DNA of 64,000 bases from an uncultured Rhodospirillaceae bacterium (GTDB taxonomy: Bacteria; Pseudomonadota; Alphaproteobacteria; JAEULC01). The stretch lies in contig CAZLBB010000015.1 in assembly GCA_964557415.1 (NCBI GenBank), positions 616 to 64,615 on the forward strand, written 5' to 3'. The position numbers were made by a program, and so were the translations under genes. Of this stretch, positions 48,270 through 58,328 are shown piece by piece (positions within the stretch are counted from its first letter, which is position 1; each line of letters starts with the position of its first letter). A model generated the notes under the pieces. The model saw nothing but the letters and a program-made list of their open reading frames with translations, searched no databases and had not been told where the DNA came from.

Positions 48270-49625
48270 ATGACCGTCCCGGACAAAATCGGCGCCGCTG
48301 GAGGCGGCAAGGGCCGCACCTGGCTCCAGCACTGGCAGCCCGAGGACACGGCGAGCTGGGACAAGGGGCTCGCCTGGCGCACGCTGTGGATCACCACCGC
48401 CAACCTGGTGCTCGCCTTCATCGTCTGGTTCGTGGTGAGCGCGCTGGTCGTGCGCCTGCCCGGCGTCGGCTTCAAGCTGACCGGCGGGCAGCTGTTCTGG
48501 CTCGCCGCCATGCCGGGCCTCGCCGGCGGCACGCTGCGGATCATCCACACCTTCCTCGTGCCGCTCTACGGCACGCGCCACGTGGTGACCTTCTCGACCT
48601 TGAGCCTGCTGGTCCCGGCGGTCGGCTGGATGTACGCGGTGCAGGATCCGGCGACGCCCTACTGGGTGCTGCTGCTGCTCGCCTTCTTCGCCGGCCTCGG
48701 CGGCGGCAACTTCTCGTCCTTCATGCCGTCGACCAGCCTGTTCTTCCCCAAGCGCCTGCAGGGCACGGCGCTGGCGATCCAGGCCGGCATCGGCAATTTC
48801 GGCGTCAGCGTCGTGCAGTTCCTGACGCCGTGGCTGATCGGCTTCGCCATGGCCGGCTCGCTGATCGGCGAGCCGCAGACCTTCACCAAGGGCACGGCGG
48901 CCTCGCCGATCTGGCTGCAGAACGCGACCGCCGTCTACGTGCCGCTGATCGTGATCACCGCCGCGCTCGCCTGGATTTTCCTGCGCAGCGTGCCGGTGCG
49001 CGCGAACTTCCGCGAGCAGACCGACATCTTCAAGCTCAAGCACGCGTTCTTCATGACGCTGCTGTACATCATGACCTTCGGCTCGTTCTCGGGCCTCTCG
49101 GCGACCTTCCCGCTCCTGATCCGCCAGCTCTACGGCGGCCTGCCCGGCGCGCCCGACCCGCTGGCCTTCGCGTTCCTCGGGCCGCTGGTCGGATCGGTCG
49201 TGCGCGTGCTGGCAGGCCCCGTGTCCGACAAGCTCGGCGGCGCGCGCGTGACGCACGTCGCCGGCATCGGCATGGTTGCCTGCGCCATCGGCGTGACGTT
49301 CTTCACCAGCCCGACCTCGATGGCCGACTTCCCCTGGTTCGTCGGCCTGATGCTCGGCCTGTTCTTCTTCGCCGGCGTTGGCAACGCCTCGACCTTCAAG
49401 CAGATGCCGATGCTGTTTCCGCCGCGCCAGGCCGGCGGCGTGATCGGCTGGACCGGCGCCATGGCCGCCTACGGGCCGTTTGCGTGCGGCCTGATGCTCG
49501 GATATTCGATCGAGTGGTTCGGCTCGCCCAACGCCTTCTTCTACTGGGCGGCCTTCTTCTTCGCCGTCTGCGTCGCGATCAACTGGTGGTACTATGCCCG
49601 CAAGGGCGCAGAAGCACCCTGTTGA
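48270..49625 (+). CDS. narK: NarK-family MFS nitrate/nitrite antiporter (NarK2-type)
   Basis: Track ORF, 451 aa; WLQHWQPED N-terminus; GGGNFSSFM. Confidence 0.85.
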   Translation: MTVPDKIGAAGGGKGRTWLQHWQPEDTASWDKGLAWRTLWITTANLVLAFIVWFVVSALVVRLPGVGFKLTGGQLFWLAAMPGLAGGTLRIIHTFLVPLYGTRHVVTFSTLSLLVPAVGWMYAVQDPATPYWVLLLLAFFAGLGGGNFSSFMPSTSLFFPKRLQGTALAIQAGIGNFGVSVVQFLTPWLIGFAMAGSLIGEPQTFTKGTAASPIWLQNATAVYVPLIVITAALAWIFLRSVPVRANFREQTDIFKLKHAFFMTLLYIMTFGSFSGLSATFPLLIRQLYGGLPGAPDPLAFAFLGPLVGSVVRVLAGPVSDKLGGARVTHVAGIGMVACAIGVTFFTSPTSMADFPWFVGLMLGLFFFAGVGNASTFKQMPMLFPPRQAGGVIGWTGAMAAYGPFACGLMLGYSIEWFGSPNAFFYWAAFFFAVCVAINWWYYARKGAEAPC

Positions 49626-49656
49626 GCCCCGTACGTAGAAACCCGGAGTTCAACCG

Positions 49657-52600
49657 ATGAGCCATTTCCTCGACCGCCTGATGTTCTTCAAGAAGAACGT
49701 CGACACCTTCGCCGGGGAGCACGGCGTCGTCACCAACGAGGACCGCACCTGGGAAGACGCCTACCGCAACCGCTGGGCGCACGACCGCATCGTGCGCTCG
49801 ACGCACGGCGCCAACTGCACCGGCTCGTGCTCGTGGAAGATCTACGTCAAGGGCGGCATCGTCACCTGGGAGACGCAGCAGACCGACTATCCGCGCACGC
49901 GGCCGGACCTGCCGAACCACGAGCCGCGCGGCTGCTCGCGCGGCGCCAGCTACTCCTGGTACCTCTACAGCGCCAACCGGGTGAAGTACCCGATGGTGCG
50001 CGGCCGGCTGCTGCGGCTGTGGCGCGCCGCCAAGGCCGAGCACAAGGACCCGGTGCTGGCCTGGAAATCGATCGTCGAGAACCCGCAGAAGGCGCAGGAA
50101 TACAAGTCGATCCGCGGGCGCGGCGGCTTCGTGCGCGTCGGCTGGGACGAGGCCAACGAGATCATCGCCGCCGCCAACGTGCACACGGTCAAGACGCACG
50201 GCCCCGACCGCGTCATCGGCTTCTCGCCGATCCCGGCGATGTCGATGGTGTCCTACGCCGCCGGCTCGCGCTACCTGTCGCTGATCGGCGGCGTGTGCAT
50301 GAGCTTCTACGACTGGTACTGCGACCTGCCGCCGAGCTCGCCGCAGACCTGGGGCGAGCAGACCGACGTGCCGGAATCGGCCGACTGGTACAACTCCACC
50401 TTTATCATGATGTGGGGCTCGAACGTGCCGCAGACGCGCACGCCCGACGCCCATTTCATGACCGAGGTGCGCTACAAGGGCGCCAAGACCGTGACCGTCA
50501 CGCCCGACTACAGCGAGGCGTCGAAATTCGCCGACCTGTGGCTGGCGCCGAAGCAGGGCACCGACGCGGCGCTGGCGATGGCGATGGGCCACGTCATCCT
50601 CAAGGAGTTCCACCTCGCCGGCAAGAGCCCGTATTTCGAGAACTACTGCCGGCAGTACACCGACATGCCGATGCTGGTGCGCCTGGTCGAGCGCGACGGG
50701 CGCTACGTGCCGGACCGGCTGGTGCGCGCCGCCGATTTCGAGGGCGCGCTGGGCGAGACGAACAACCCGGACTGGAAGACCGTGGCGGTCGACCAGGCGA
50801 CCGGCAAGGTCGTCGTGCCGCGCGGCTCGGTCGGCTTCCGCTGGGGCGAGCAGGGCAAGTGGAACCTCGAGCCCAAGGCGGCGGACGGCAGCGAGATCAA
50901 GACCCGGCTGACGCTGATCGACGCGCGTGACGCCGTGCTGCCGGCCGCCTTCCCCTATTTCGGCGGCCAGCGGCACGAGCATTTCGCGTCGACCGGCCAT
51001 GACGACGTGCTGCTGCGCAACGTGCCGGCCAAGCGCGTGAAGCTGAAGGACGGCGAGGCGATGGTCGCGACCGTGTTCGACCTGTTCGTCGCCAACTACG
51101 GCATCGACCGGGGCCTTGGCGGCGGCAACGTCGCAGCCTCGTTCGACGACGACGTTCCCTACACGCCGGCCTGGCAGGAGAAGGTCACCGGCGTCTCGCG
51201 CGACAAGGTGATCGCCGTGGCGCGCGACTTCGCCGACAACGCGGCCAAGACGCAGGGCAAGTCGATGGTGATCCTCGGCGCCGCGGTGAACCACTGGTAC
51301 CACGGCGACATGATCTACCGCGGCATCATCAACCTGCTGGCGATGTGCGGCTGCGTCGGCCAGTCCGGCGGCGGCTGGTCGCACTATGTCGGCCAGGAGA
51401 AGCTGCGGCCGCAGACCGGCTGGCTGCCGCTCGCCTTCGCGCTCGACTGGAACCGCCCGCCGCGGCAGATGAACAGCACCTCGTTCTTCTACGCGCACAC
51501 CTCGCAGTGGCGGCACGAGAAGCTCGGCGTCGAGGAGATCCTCTCGCCGCTCGCCGACAGGAAGGCGATGGAAGGCAGCCTGATCGACTTCAACGTGCGC
51601 GCCGAGCGCATGGGCTGGCTGCCGTCGGCGCCGCAGCTCGGGGCGAACCCGCTGGCGGTCGCGCGCGACGCGGCGGCCGCGGGCAAGGAAGCGGTGCCGC
51701 ATGCGGTGGCCGCGCTCAAGTCGGGCGCGCTCAAGATGGCCTGCGAGGACCCGGACAACCCGGCCAATTTCCCGCGCAACCTGTTCGTCTGGCGCTCCAA
51801 CCTGCTCGGCTCGAGCGGCAAGGGCCACGAGTACTTCCTCAAGTACCTGCTCGGCGCGCAGCACGGCGTGCAGGGCAAGGACCTGGGCGCCGAGGGCGGG
51901 CAGAAGCCGCAGGAGGTCGTCTGGCGCGAGCGCGGCGCGGAGGGCAAGCTCGACCTGCTGGTGACGCTCGACTTCCGCATGTCGACGACCTGCATGTATT
52001 CCGACGTCGTGCTGCCGACCGCCACCTGGTACGAGAAGCACGACCTCAACACGTCCGACATGCACCCGTTCATCCATCCGCTGAGCGCGGCGGTGGATCC
52101 GGCCTGGCAGGCGCGCAGCGACTGGGAGATCTTCAAGGGCATCGCCCGGAAGTTCTCCGAGGTCTGCGTCGGCCATCTGGGCGTCGAGAAGGACCTGGTG
52201 CTGACGCCGATCCAGCACGACACGCCGGCCGAGCTGGCGCAGCCCTACCAGCCGAAGGACTGGAAGAAGGGCGAGTGCGAGCCGGTGCCGGGCAAGACCA
52301 TGCCGGCGATGGCCGTGGTCGAGCGCGACTACCCGAACACCTACAAGAAGTACACGGCGCTCGGGCCGCTCATGAGCAAGATCGGAAACGGCGGCAAGGG
52401 CATCGCCTGGAACACCGAGGCCGAGGTCAAGGCGCTGGCCGAGCTCAACCACGTCGTGACCGAGGAAGGGGTCAGCAAGGGCCTGCCGCGCATCGCGACC
52501 GACATCGAAGCGGCCGAGGTGATCCTGATGCTGGCGCCCGAAACCAACGGCCATGTCGCCGTGAAGGCCTGGCAGGCGCTGGAGAAGCAGACCGGCCGCG

Positions 52601-53397
52601 AGCACGCGCATCTCGCCGACACGCGCGAGGACGAGAAGCTGCGCTTCCGCGACCTGCAGGCGCAGCCGCGCAAGATCATCTCGTCGCCGACCTGGAGCGG
52701 CATCGAATCCGAGCATGTCAGCTACAACGCCGGATACACCAACGTGCACGAGCTGATCCCCTGGCGCACGCTGACCGGCCGCCAGCAGCTCTACCAGGAT
52801 CACCCCTGGATGATCGCCTTCGGCGAGGCCTTGTGCCTCTACCGACCACCGATCGACACGAAGACCGTTCACCCGATGCTGGGCAAGCGCGGCAACGGCA
52901 ATCCCGAACTGGTGCTGAACTTCATCACGCCGCACCAGAAATGGGGCATCCACAGCACCTACACGGACAACCTGCTGATGCTGACGCTCTCGCGCGGCGG
53001 GCCGATCGTGTGGCTGAGCGAGGTGGACGCGAAGAAGGCCGGGATCGAGGACAACGACTGGGTCGAGGCCTTCAACATCAACGGCGCGCTGGTCGCGCGC
53101 GCGGTGGTCAGCCAGCGCGTGCCGCAGGGCATGATCCTGATGTACCACGCGCAGGAGAAGATCGTGAACGTCCCGGGCAGCGAGATCACGCAGGCCCGCG
53201 GCGGCATCCACAACTCCGTCACGCGCGCATGCCCGAAGCCGACCCACATGATCGGCGGCTACGCGCAGCAGAGCTACGGCTTCAACTACCACGGCACGAT
53301 CGGCACCAACCGCGACGAGTTCGTCATCGTGCGCAAGATGGCGAACGTCGACTGGCTGGATCGGCCCGCGCCGGCGTCCGCCGCGGCCGCCGAATAG
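49657..53397 (+). CDS. narG: respiratory nitrate reductase alpha subunit
   Basis: Track ORF, 1246 aa; N-terminal HGANCTGSCSW FeS/Mo-bisMGD motif; full-length NarG. Confidence 0.95.
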   Translation: MSHFLDRLMFFKKNVDTFAGEHGVVTNEDRTWEDAYRNRWAHDRIVRSTHGANCTGSCSWKIYVKGGIVTWETQQTDYPRTRPDLPNHEPRGCSRGASYSWYLYSANRVKYPMVRGRLLRLWRAAKAEHKDPVLAWKSIVENPQKAQEYKSIRGRGGFVRVGWDEANEIIAAANVHTVKTHGPDRVIGFSPIPAMSMVSYAAGSRYLSLIGGVCMSFYDWYCDLPPSSPQTWGEQTDVPESADWYNSTFIMMWGSNVPQTRTPDAHFMTEVRYKGAKTVTVTPDYSEASKFADLWLAPKQGTDAALAMAMGHVILKEFHLAGKSPYFENYCRQYTDMPMLVRLVERDGRYVPDRLVRAADFEGALGETNNPDWKTVAVDQATGKVVVPRGSVGFRWGEQGKWNLEPKAADGSEIKTRLTLIDARDAVLPAAFPYFGGQRHEHFASTGHDDVLLRNVPAKRVKLKDGEAMVATVFDLFVANYGIDRGLGGGNVAASFDDDVPYTPAWQEKVTGVSRDKVIAVARDFADNAAKTQGKSMVILGAAVNHWYHGDMIYRGIINLLAMCGCVGQSGGGWSHYVGQEKLRPQTGWLPLAFALDWNRPPRQMNSTSFFYAHTSQWRHEKLGVEEILSPLADRKAMEGSLIDFNVRAERMGWLPSAPQLGANPLAVARDAAAAGKEAVPHAVAALKSGALKMACEDPDNPANFPRNLFVWRSNLLGSSGKGHEYFLKYLLGAQHGVQGKDLGAEGGQKPQEVVWRERGAEGKLDLLVTLDFRMSTTCMYSDVVLPTATWYEKHDLNTSDMHPFIHPLSAAVDPAWQARSDWEIFKGIARKFSEVCVGHLGVEKDLVLTPIQHDTPAELAQPYQPKDWKKGECEPVPGKTMPAMAVVERDYPNTYKKYTALGPLMSKIGNGGKGIAWNTEAEVKALAELNHVVTEEGVSKGLPRIATDIEAAEVILMLAPETNGHVAVKAWQALEKQTGREHAHLADTREDEKLRFRDLQAQPRKIISSPTWSGIESEHVSYNAGYTNVHELIPWRTLTGRQQLYQDHPWMIAFGEALCLYRPPIDTKTVHPMLGKRGNGNPELVLNFITPHQKWGIHSTYTDNLLMLTLSRGGPIVWLSEVDAKKAGIEDNDWVEAFNINGALVARAVVSQRVPQGMILMYHAQEKIVNVPGSEITQARGGIHNSVTRACPKPTHMIGGYAQQSYGFNYHGTIGTNRDEFVIVRKMANVDWLDRPAPASAAAAE

Positions 53398-53418
53398 CGA
53401 ACGGAAAGGGTGAGAGCC

Positions 53419-54927
53419 ATGAAAATCCGCGCGCAGATCGCGATGGTGCTGAACCTCGACAAGTGCATCGGGTGCCACACCTGCTCCGTCACGTGCAAGA
53501 ACGTCTGGACCAGCCGCGATGGCATGGAATACGCCTGGTTCAACAACGTCGAGACCAAGCCCGGGATCGGCTATCCAAAGGAATGGGAGAACCAGGACAA
53601 GTGGCAAGGCGGCTGGACGCGCACGCGCTCCGGGCGGCTGAAGCCGCGCATCGGCGGCAAATGGCGCGTGCTGGCGAAGATCTTCGCCAACCCGCACATG
53701 CCCGAGATCGACGACTACTACGAGCCGTTCACCTTCGACTACGAGCACCTGCAATCGGCACCCGAGAGCGAGGCGATGCCGGTGGCGCGGCCGGTCTCGC
53801 TGATCACCGGCCAGCGCATGGAGAAGATCGAGTGGGGCCCGAACTGGGAGGAGATTCTCGGCACCGAGTTCCACAAGCGCTCGAAGGACAAGAACTTCGA
53901 CCAAGTGCAGAAGGAGATCTACGGGCAGTTCGAGAACACCTTCATGTTCTACCTGCCGCGCCTGTGCGAGCACTGCCTCAACCCGGCTTGCGTCGCCTCC
54001 TGCCCGTCGGGCTCGATCTACAAACGCGAGGAGGACGGCATCGTCCTGATCGACCAGGACAAGTGCCGCGGCTGGCGCATGTGCGTCAGCGCCTGCCCGT
54101 ACAAGAAGATCTACTACAACTGGCAGTCGGGCAAGGCCGAGAAGTGCATCTTCTGCTACCCGCGCATCGAGGCGGGCGAGCCGACCGTGTGCTCCGAGAC
54201 CTGCGTCGGCCGCATCCGCTATCTCGGCGTATTGCTCTACGACGCCGACCGCATCGAGGAGGCCGCCAGCGTCGAGCGGGAGCAGGATCTCTACCCGGCG
54301 CAGCTCGGCATCTTCCTCAATCCCTACGACCCGCAGGTGATCGAGCAGGCGCGCAAGGACGGCGTGCCGCAGGCCTGGCTCGACGCCGCGCAGCGCTCGC
54401 CCGCCTACAAGATGGCGATCGACTGGAAGGTCGCCTTCCCGCTGCACCCCGAGTACCGCACGCTGCCGATGGTCTGGTACGTGCCGCCGCTGTCGCCGAT
54501 CCAGGCCGCGGCCGACGCCGGCAAGGTCGGTTTCGACGGCGCGCTGCCCGACGTGCGCAAGCTGCGCATCCCGGTCAAGTACCTCGCCAACCTGCTGACC
54601 GCCGGCGACGAGGAAGCCGTGGTCGGCGGGCTCGAGCGCATGATGGCGATGCGCGTGCACATGCGCGCGCGCCACGTCGAGGGCCGCGTCGACACCGCCG
54701 TGCTCGACCGCGTCGGCCTGAGCCAGGCGCAGGTCGACGAGATGTACCGCTACATGGCGATCGCCAACTACGAGGACCGCTACGTCATCCCGTCGACGCA
54801 CCGCGAGTACGCCGAGGACGCCTACGACCTGAAGTCGAGCTGCGGCTTCAGCTTCGGCAACGGCTGCTCCGACGGCGCCAGCACCGCCTCGCTCTTCGGG
54901 GCAGCGAAGAAGAAGGAGACCGTGTGA
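53419..54927 (+). CDS. narH: respiratory nitrate reductase beta subunit
   Basis: In-frame part of track ORF 53410..54927 from MKIRAQIAMVLNLDKCIGCHTCSVTCK; four FeS Cys clusters. Confidence 0.95.
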   Translation: MKIRAQIAMVLNLDKCIGCHTCSVTCKNVWTSRDGMEYAWFNNVETKPGIGYPKEWENQDKWQGGWTRTRSGRLKPRIGGKWRVLAKIFANPHMPEIDDYYEPFTFDYEHLQSAPESEAMPVARPVSLITGQRMEKIEWGPNWEEILGTEFHKRSKDKNFDQVQKEIYGQFENTFMFYLPRLCEHCLNPACVASCPSGSIYKREEDGIVLIDQDKCRGWRMCVSACPYKKIYYNWQSGKAEKCIFCYPRIEAGEPTVCSETCVGRIRYLGVLLYDADRIEEAASVEREQDLYPAQLGIFLNPYDPQVIEQARKDGVPQAWLDAAQRSPAYKMAIDWKVAFPLHPEYRTLPMVWYVPPLSPIQAAADAGKVGFDGALPDVRKLRIPVKYLANLLTAGDEEAVVGGLERMMAMRVHMRARHVEGRVDTAVLDRVGLSQAQVDEMYRYMAIANYEDRYVIPSTHREYAEDAYDLKSSCGFSFGNGCSDGASTASLFGAAKKKETV

Positions 54928-55598
54928 TGCGGCGCAGCTTGAAGGCGCTGGCGGCGCTCATCGCCTATCCCGAGGCGCCGCTGGTCCGGGCGATGCCCGA
55001 GATCATGGGCGAGCTCGCCGCCGAGAAGCGGCTGCCCGAGGGCGTGCGGGTCCAGCTGGTGCGGCTGTGCACGATGCTCGGCCGCGACGACCTGATCGAC
55101 CTGCAGGAGCGCTATGTCGCCCTGTTCGACCGCACGCGCTCGCTGTCGCTGCACCTGTTCGAGCACGTGCACGGCGATTCGCGCGACCGCGGGCCGGCCA
55201 TGGTCGACCTGCTGTCGATCTACCGCAAGCAGGGCCTCGAGATCGCCGACAACGAGCTGCCGGACTACCTGCCGGTCTACATCGAATATGCGGCGACGCT
55301 CGGGGACGGTGCCGCCGTGTCGGCGCTCGGCGACATCGCCGCGATCCTGGCGCCGGTCCGCGACCGCCTCGCCAGACGCGAATCGCCCTACGCGCCGGTG
55401 TTCGACGCGCTGCTGGCGCTCGCCGGCGCCGAGATCGCGCGCGGACCGGGCGCCGGCGATCCCGACGAGGACGATCCGGAGGCAATGGACCGCGCCTGGG
55501 AAGAGGCCGCGGTCGTGTTCGGGCCCGACGCGGCGCCCGGCAAAGACCAGGGCTGCCGCCGCGCCGAGGACATCCTCGCGCGCATGAACGCGCAGTGA
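54927..55598 (+). CDS. narJ: nitrate reductase molybdenum cofactor assembly chaperone
   Basis: In-frame part of long track ORF 51345..55598 from MRRSLKALAALIAYPEA; overlaps narH stop. Confidence 0.85.
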   Translation: MRRSLKALAALIAYPEAPLVRAMPEIMGELAAEKRLPEGVRVQLVRLCTMLGRDDLIDLQERYVALFDRTRSLSLHLFEHVHGDSRDRGPAMVDLLSIYRKQGLEIADNELPDYLPVYIEYAATLGDGAAVSALGDIAAILAPVRDRLARRESPYAPVFDALLALAGAEIARGPGAGDPDEDDPEAMDRAWEEAAVVFGPDAAPGKDQGCRRAEDILARMNAQ

Positions 55599-55611
55599 CG
55601 GAGGAGCCAAG

Positions 55612-56319
55612 ATGTCCGCCTATGTTCACGAGTTCGTCTTCGGCATCTATCCCTATATCTGCGCGGCAGTGTTCCTCGTCGGCAGCCTGATCCGCTTCGA
55701 CCGCGAGCAGTACACCTGGCGCAGCGGCTCGAGCCAGCTGTTGCGCAAGCGCCAGCTGCGCTGGGGCAGCAACCTGTTCCACATCGGCATCCTGTTCCTG
55801 TTCTTCGGCCACTCGGTCGGCATGCTGACGCCGCATTGGGGCTACGAATGGCTGATGTCGTCCGGCAGCAAGCAGGTGCTCGCCATGGTGAGCGGCGGCG
55901 TCGCCGGCCTGCTGTGCTTCGTCGGTCTGACGATGCTGCTGCATCGCCGCCTGGTCGACCCGCGCATCCGCGCGACCAGCAGCCGCATGGACATCGCCAT
56001 CCTCGCGATCCTGTGGGTGCAGCTCGTCCTCGGGCTCATCACCATCCCGTTCTCGGGCCAGCATCTCGATGGCTCGACCATGGTGAAGCTGGCCGAGTGG
56101 GCGCAGCACATCGTGACCCTGCGGCCCGGCGCCGCCGACCTGGTGGTCGATGTGGCGTGGGTGTTCAAGCTGCACATGGCGCTGGGCATGACGATCTTCC
56201 TGATCTTCCCGTTCGGACGCCTGGTGCATATCTGGAGCGCGCCGGTCGGCTACCTCTTCCGCCCGTACCAGGTCGTGCGCCGGCGCGGCGGTGGCCGTGC
56301 GGTGGGAGCGCGCGGCTGA
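55612..56319 (+). CDS. narI: respiratory nitrate reductase gamma subunit (cytochrome b)
   Basis: Track ORF, 235 aa; 5 TM; heme-ligand His residues. Confidence 0.9.
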   Translation: MSAYVHEFVFGIYPYICAAVFLVGSLIRFDREQYTWRSGSSQLLRKRQLRWGSNLFHIGILFLFFGHSVGMLTPHWGYEWLMSSGSKQVLAMVSGGVAGLLCFVGLTMLLHRRLVDPRIRATSSRMDIAILAILWVQLVLGLITIPFSGQHLDGSTMVKLAEWAQHIVTLRPGAADLVVDVAWVFKLHMALGMTIFLIFPFGRLVHIWSAPVGYLFRPYQVVRRRGGGRAVGARG

Positions 56320-57101
56320 TGGACCGGATCGCCGTAAACGGCGTCGCGATCGAGCCCCAGGCGATCTTCGCCGAGATGCAGAACCATCCCGCCGACAAAC
56401 CGGAGGCGGCGATGGCGGCCGCGGCCGAGGCGCTGGTGGTGCGCGAGCTCTTGTGGCAGGAGGCGCGCCGCCAGGGCCTGGATGCGGCGCCGCCGGAGGG
56501 CGACGAGACGCCGCAGGAGCAGGCGATCCGGCTCCTGATCGAGCGCGAGGTCAAGACGCCCGAGGCGGACGAAGCGACCTGTTGGCGCTTCTATGAAAAC
56601 AACCGGGGGCGCTTCCGCTCGCCTGACGCGTTCGACGCGCAGCACATCCTCTATGCCGCCGCGCCCGACGACAAGGCGGCGCGCGACGCGGCGCGCGCCA
56701 AGGCGTCGGAAGCGCTGGCTCGCCTGCTGAAAGCCCCTGCGCTGCTCGAGGAGATCGCCCGCGCCGAGTCCGCCTGCAGCTCGAAGGACCAGGGCGGGCG
56801 CCTTGGCACGATCCAGCGCGGCGACGCGGACCCGGTGTTCGAGACCTACCTGATGAGCCTCGAGGACGGCGAAATCTGCCCTGTGCCCGTCGAGACGCGC
56901 TACGGCTTCCACGTCATCCGCCTCGTCAAGAGCGCCCGCGGTCGCGAGCTGCCATTCGAAGCGGTCAAGCAACGCATCGCCGGCTACCTCGAGGATGCGG
57001 CATGGCGCCGCGGCGTGCATCAATACGTTGCGATCCTGGCCGGCAGGGCCAATATCGAAGGCATCGCGCTCGAGGCCGCGACGTCGCCGCTCGTGCAGTA
57101 A
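56319..57101 (+). CDS. PpiC-type peptidyl-prolyl cis-trans isomerase (NifM/SurA-like)
   Basis: In-frame part of track ORF 55836..57101 from MDRIAVNGVAIEP; parvulin domain FDAQHILYAA...GGRLGTIQRGD...YGFHVIRL; ATGA overlap with narI stop. Confidence 0.75.
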   Translation: MDRIAVNGVAIEPQAIFAEMQNHPADKPEAAMAAAAEALVVRELLWQEARRQGLDAAPPEGDETPQEQAIRLLIEREVKTPEADEATCWRFYENNRGRFRSPDAFDAQHILYAAAPDDKAARDAARAKASEALARLLKAPALLEEIARAESACSSKDQGGRLGTIQRGDADPVFETYLMSLEDGEICPVPVETRYGFHVIRLVKSARGRELPFEAVKQRIAGYLEDAAWRRGVHQYVAILAGRANIEGIALEAATSPLVQ

Positions 57102-57113
57102 CCGGAGCCGCGC

Positions 57114-58319
57114 ATGATCTCCTGTCCCGTGACCGGCGCCCGTATCGAAAGCGTCGCCGACCATCCCGTCCTCGGCTACGGCTTCCGCCCGTTCTTCGCG
57201 CTCTGCGGCCTGTACGGCGCCCTCGCCGTCCCGGCCTGGGTCGCGACCTGGCTCGGCTACCTGCCGCTCGCGCCGGCGCTGCCGCCGAGCTATTGGCACG
57301 CGCACGAGATGCTCTACGGCTTCGCCGCCGCGGCGCTGGGCGGCTTCCTCCTGACCGCGGTGCCGAACTGGACTGGGCAGGGCCCGGTGCGCGGCTGGCC
57401 GCTCCTGGTGCTGGTGCTGGCCTGGCTCGCCGGGCGCGTGGCGATGTGGCTGTCGGGTGTCCTGCCGCCGGCGGCGGTCGCCGTGGCCGACATCGCCTTC
57501 CTGGTGGTGCTGGCGCTGTTCCAGGCGCCGGCGATCATGGCGCGCAGCGCACGCCGCAACGCGGTGTTCATCGTCATCCTCGCCGCCTTGACGGTGGCCA
57601 ATCTCGGCGTCCATTTCGAAGCGCTCGGCCTCGCCGAAACCGGCAAGTGGGGCCTGCTGCTGGGGCTGAACCTGTTCGTGCTGGCGGTGACGCTGGTTGG
57701 CGGCCGCATCGTGCCCGCCTTCACCCAGGGCGGGCTAAAGGCGCAGGGCATCCCGACCGCGATCACGCCGCTGCCGCGGCTCGACCTCGCCGCCATCCTG
57801 TCGGTCGCTGCGATGGCCGTCGGCGAGGCGGCCTATGCGCCGGCGCCGCTGGTCGGCGCCCTTGCCGCCTTCGCCGCCGCCGCGGCGCTGCTGCGCCTGG
57901 CGCGGTGGCACGGCCACAAGACCTGGCGCTGGCCGCTGCTCTGGGTGCTGCAGCTCGGCATGGGCTGGCTGGTCGCCGGCCTCGCGCTCAAGTCGGCCGC
58001 CGCGTTCGAGCTGGTCCCGGAAGCCATGGCGCTGCACGCGCTCGGCGCCGGCGCGATCGGCACGATGATCCTCGCCGTCATGACCCGCGCCACTTTGGGC
58101 CACACCGGCCGCGAGCTGATCGCCGTGCCGGGCAGCGGCACGGGCTATCTCGCGCTCAGCCTCGGCACGCTGTGCCGCGTCGTGGCGCCGCTGCTGCCGG
58201 AGTGGCAGATCGCGCTGACCATCGCCGGCGGCGCCTTGTGGACGGTGGCGTTCCTGCTGTTCCTCAGGCTCTACGGCCCGATGCTGCTCTTTCCGCGACC
58301 GGACGGCCGCAAGGGCTGA
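57114..58319 (+). CDS. nnrS: NnrS-family heme-copper membrane protein (NO-stress response)
   Basis: Track ORF, 401 aa; 12 TM; conserved His residues; 12 nt after ppiC. Confidence 0.8.
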   Translation: MISCPVTGARIESVADHPVLGYGFRPFFALCGLYGALAVPAWVATWLGYLPLAPALPPSYWHAHEMLYGFAAAALGGFLLTAVPNWTGQGPVRGWPLLVLVLAWLAGRVAMWLSGVLPPAAVAVADIAFLVVLALFQAPAIMARSARRNAVFIVILAALTVANLGVHFEALGLAETGKWGLLLGLNLFVLAVTLVGGRIVPAFTQGGLKAQGIPTAITPLPRLDLAAILSVAAMAVGEAAYAPAPLVGALAAFAAAAALLRLARWHGHKTWRWPLLWVLQLGMGWLVAGLALKSAAAFELVPEAMALHALGAGAIGTMILAVMTRATLGHTGRELIAVPGSGTGYLALSLGTLCRVVAPLLPEWQIALTIAGGALWTVAFLLFLRLYGPMLLFPRPDGRKG

Positions 58320-58328
58320 ACCGCCGTC

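Noticed and set aside
46845-49256. 803-aa minus-strand ORF antisense to narK1/narK2
   Set aside because: Shadow ORF with R/G/D/E/H-rich composition; the plus strand encodes 12-TM NarK transporters.
49579-54801. 1740-aa minus-strand ORF antisense to narG/narH
   Set aside because: Antisense to the highly conserved NarG and NarH genes. The translation is Arg/Ala/Gly/Asp/His-rich with no recognisable domains. It is a classic GC-skew artefact.
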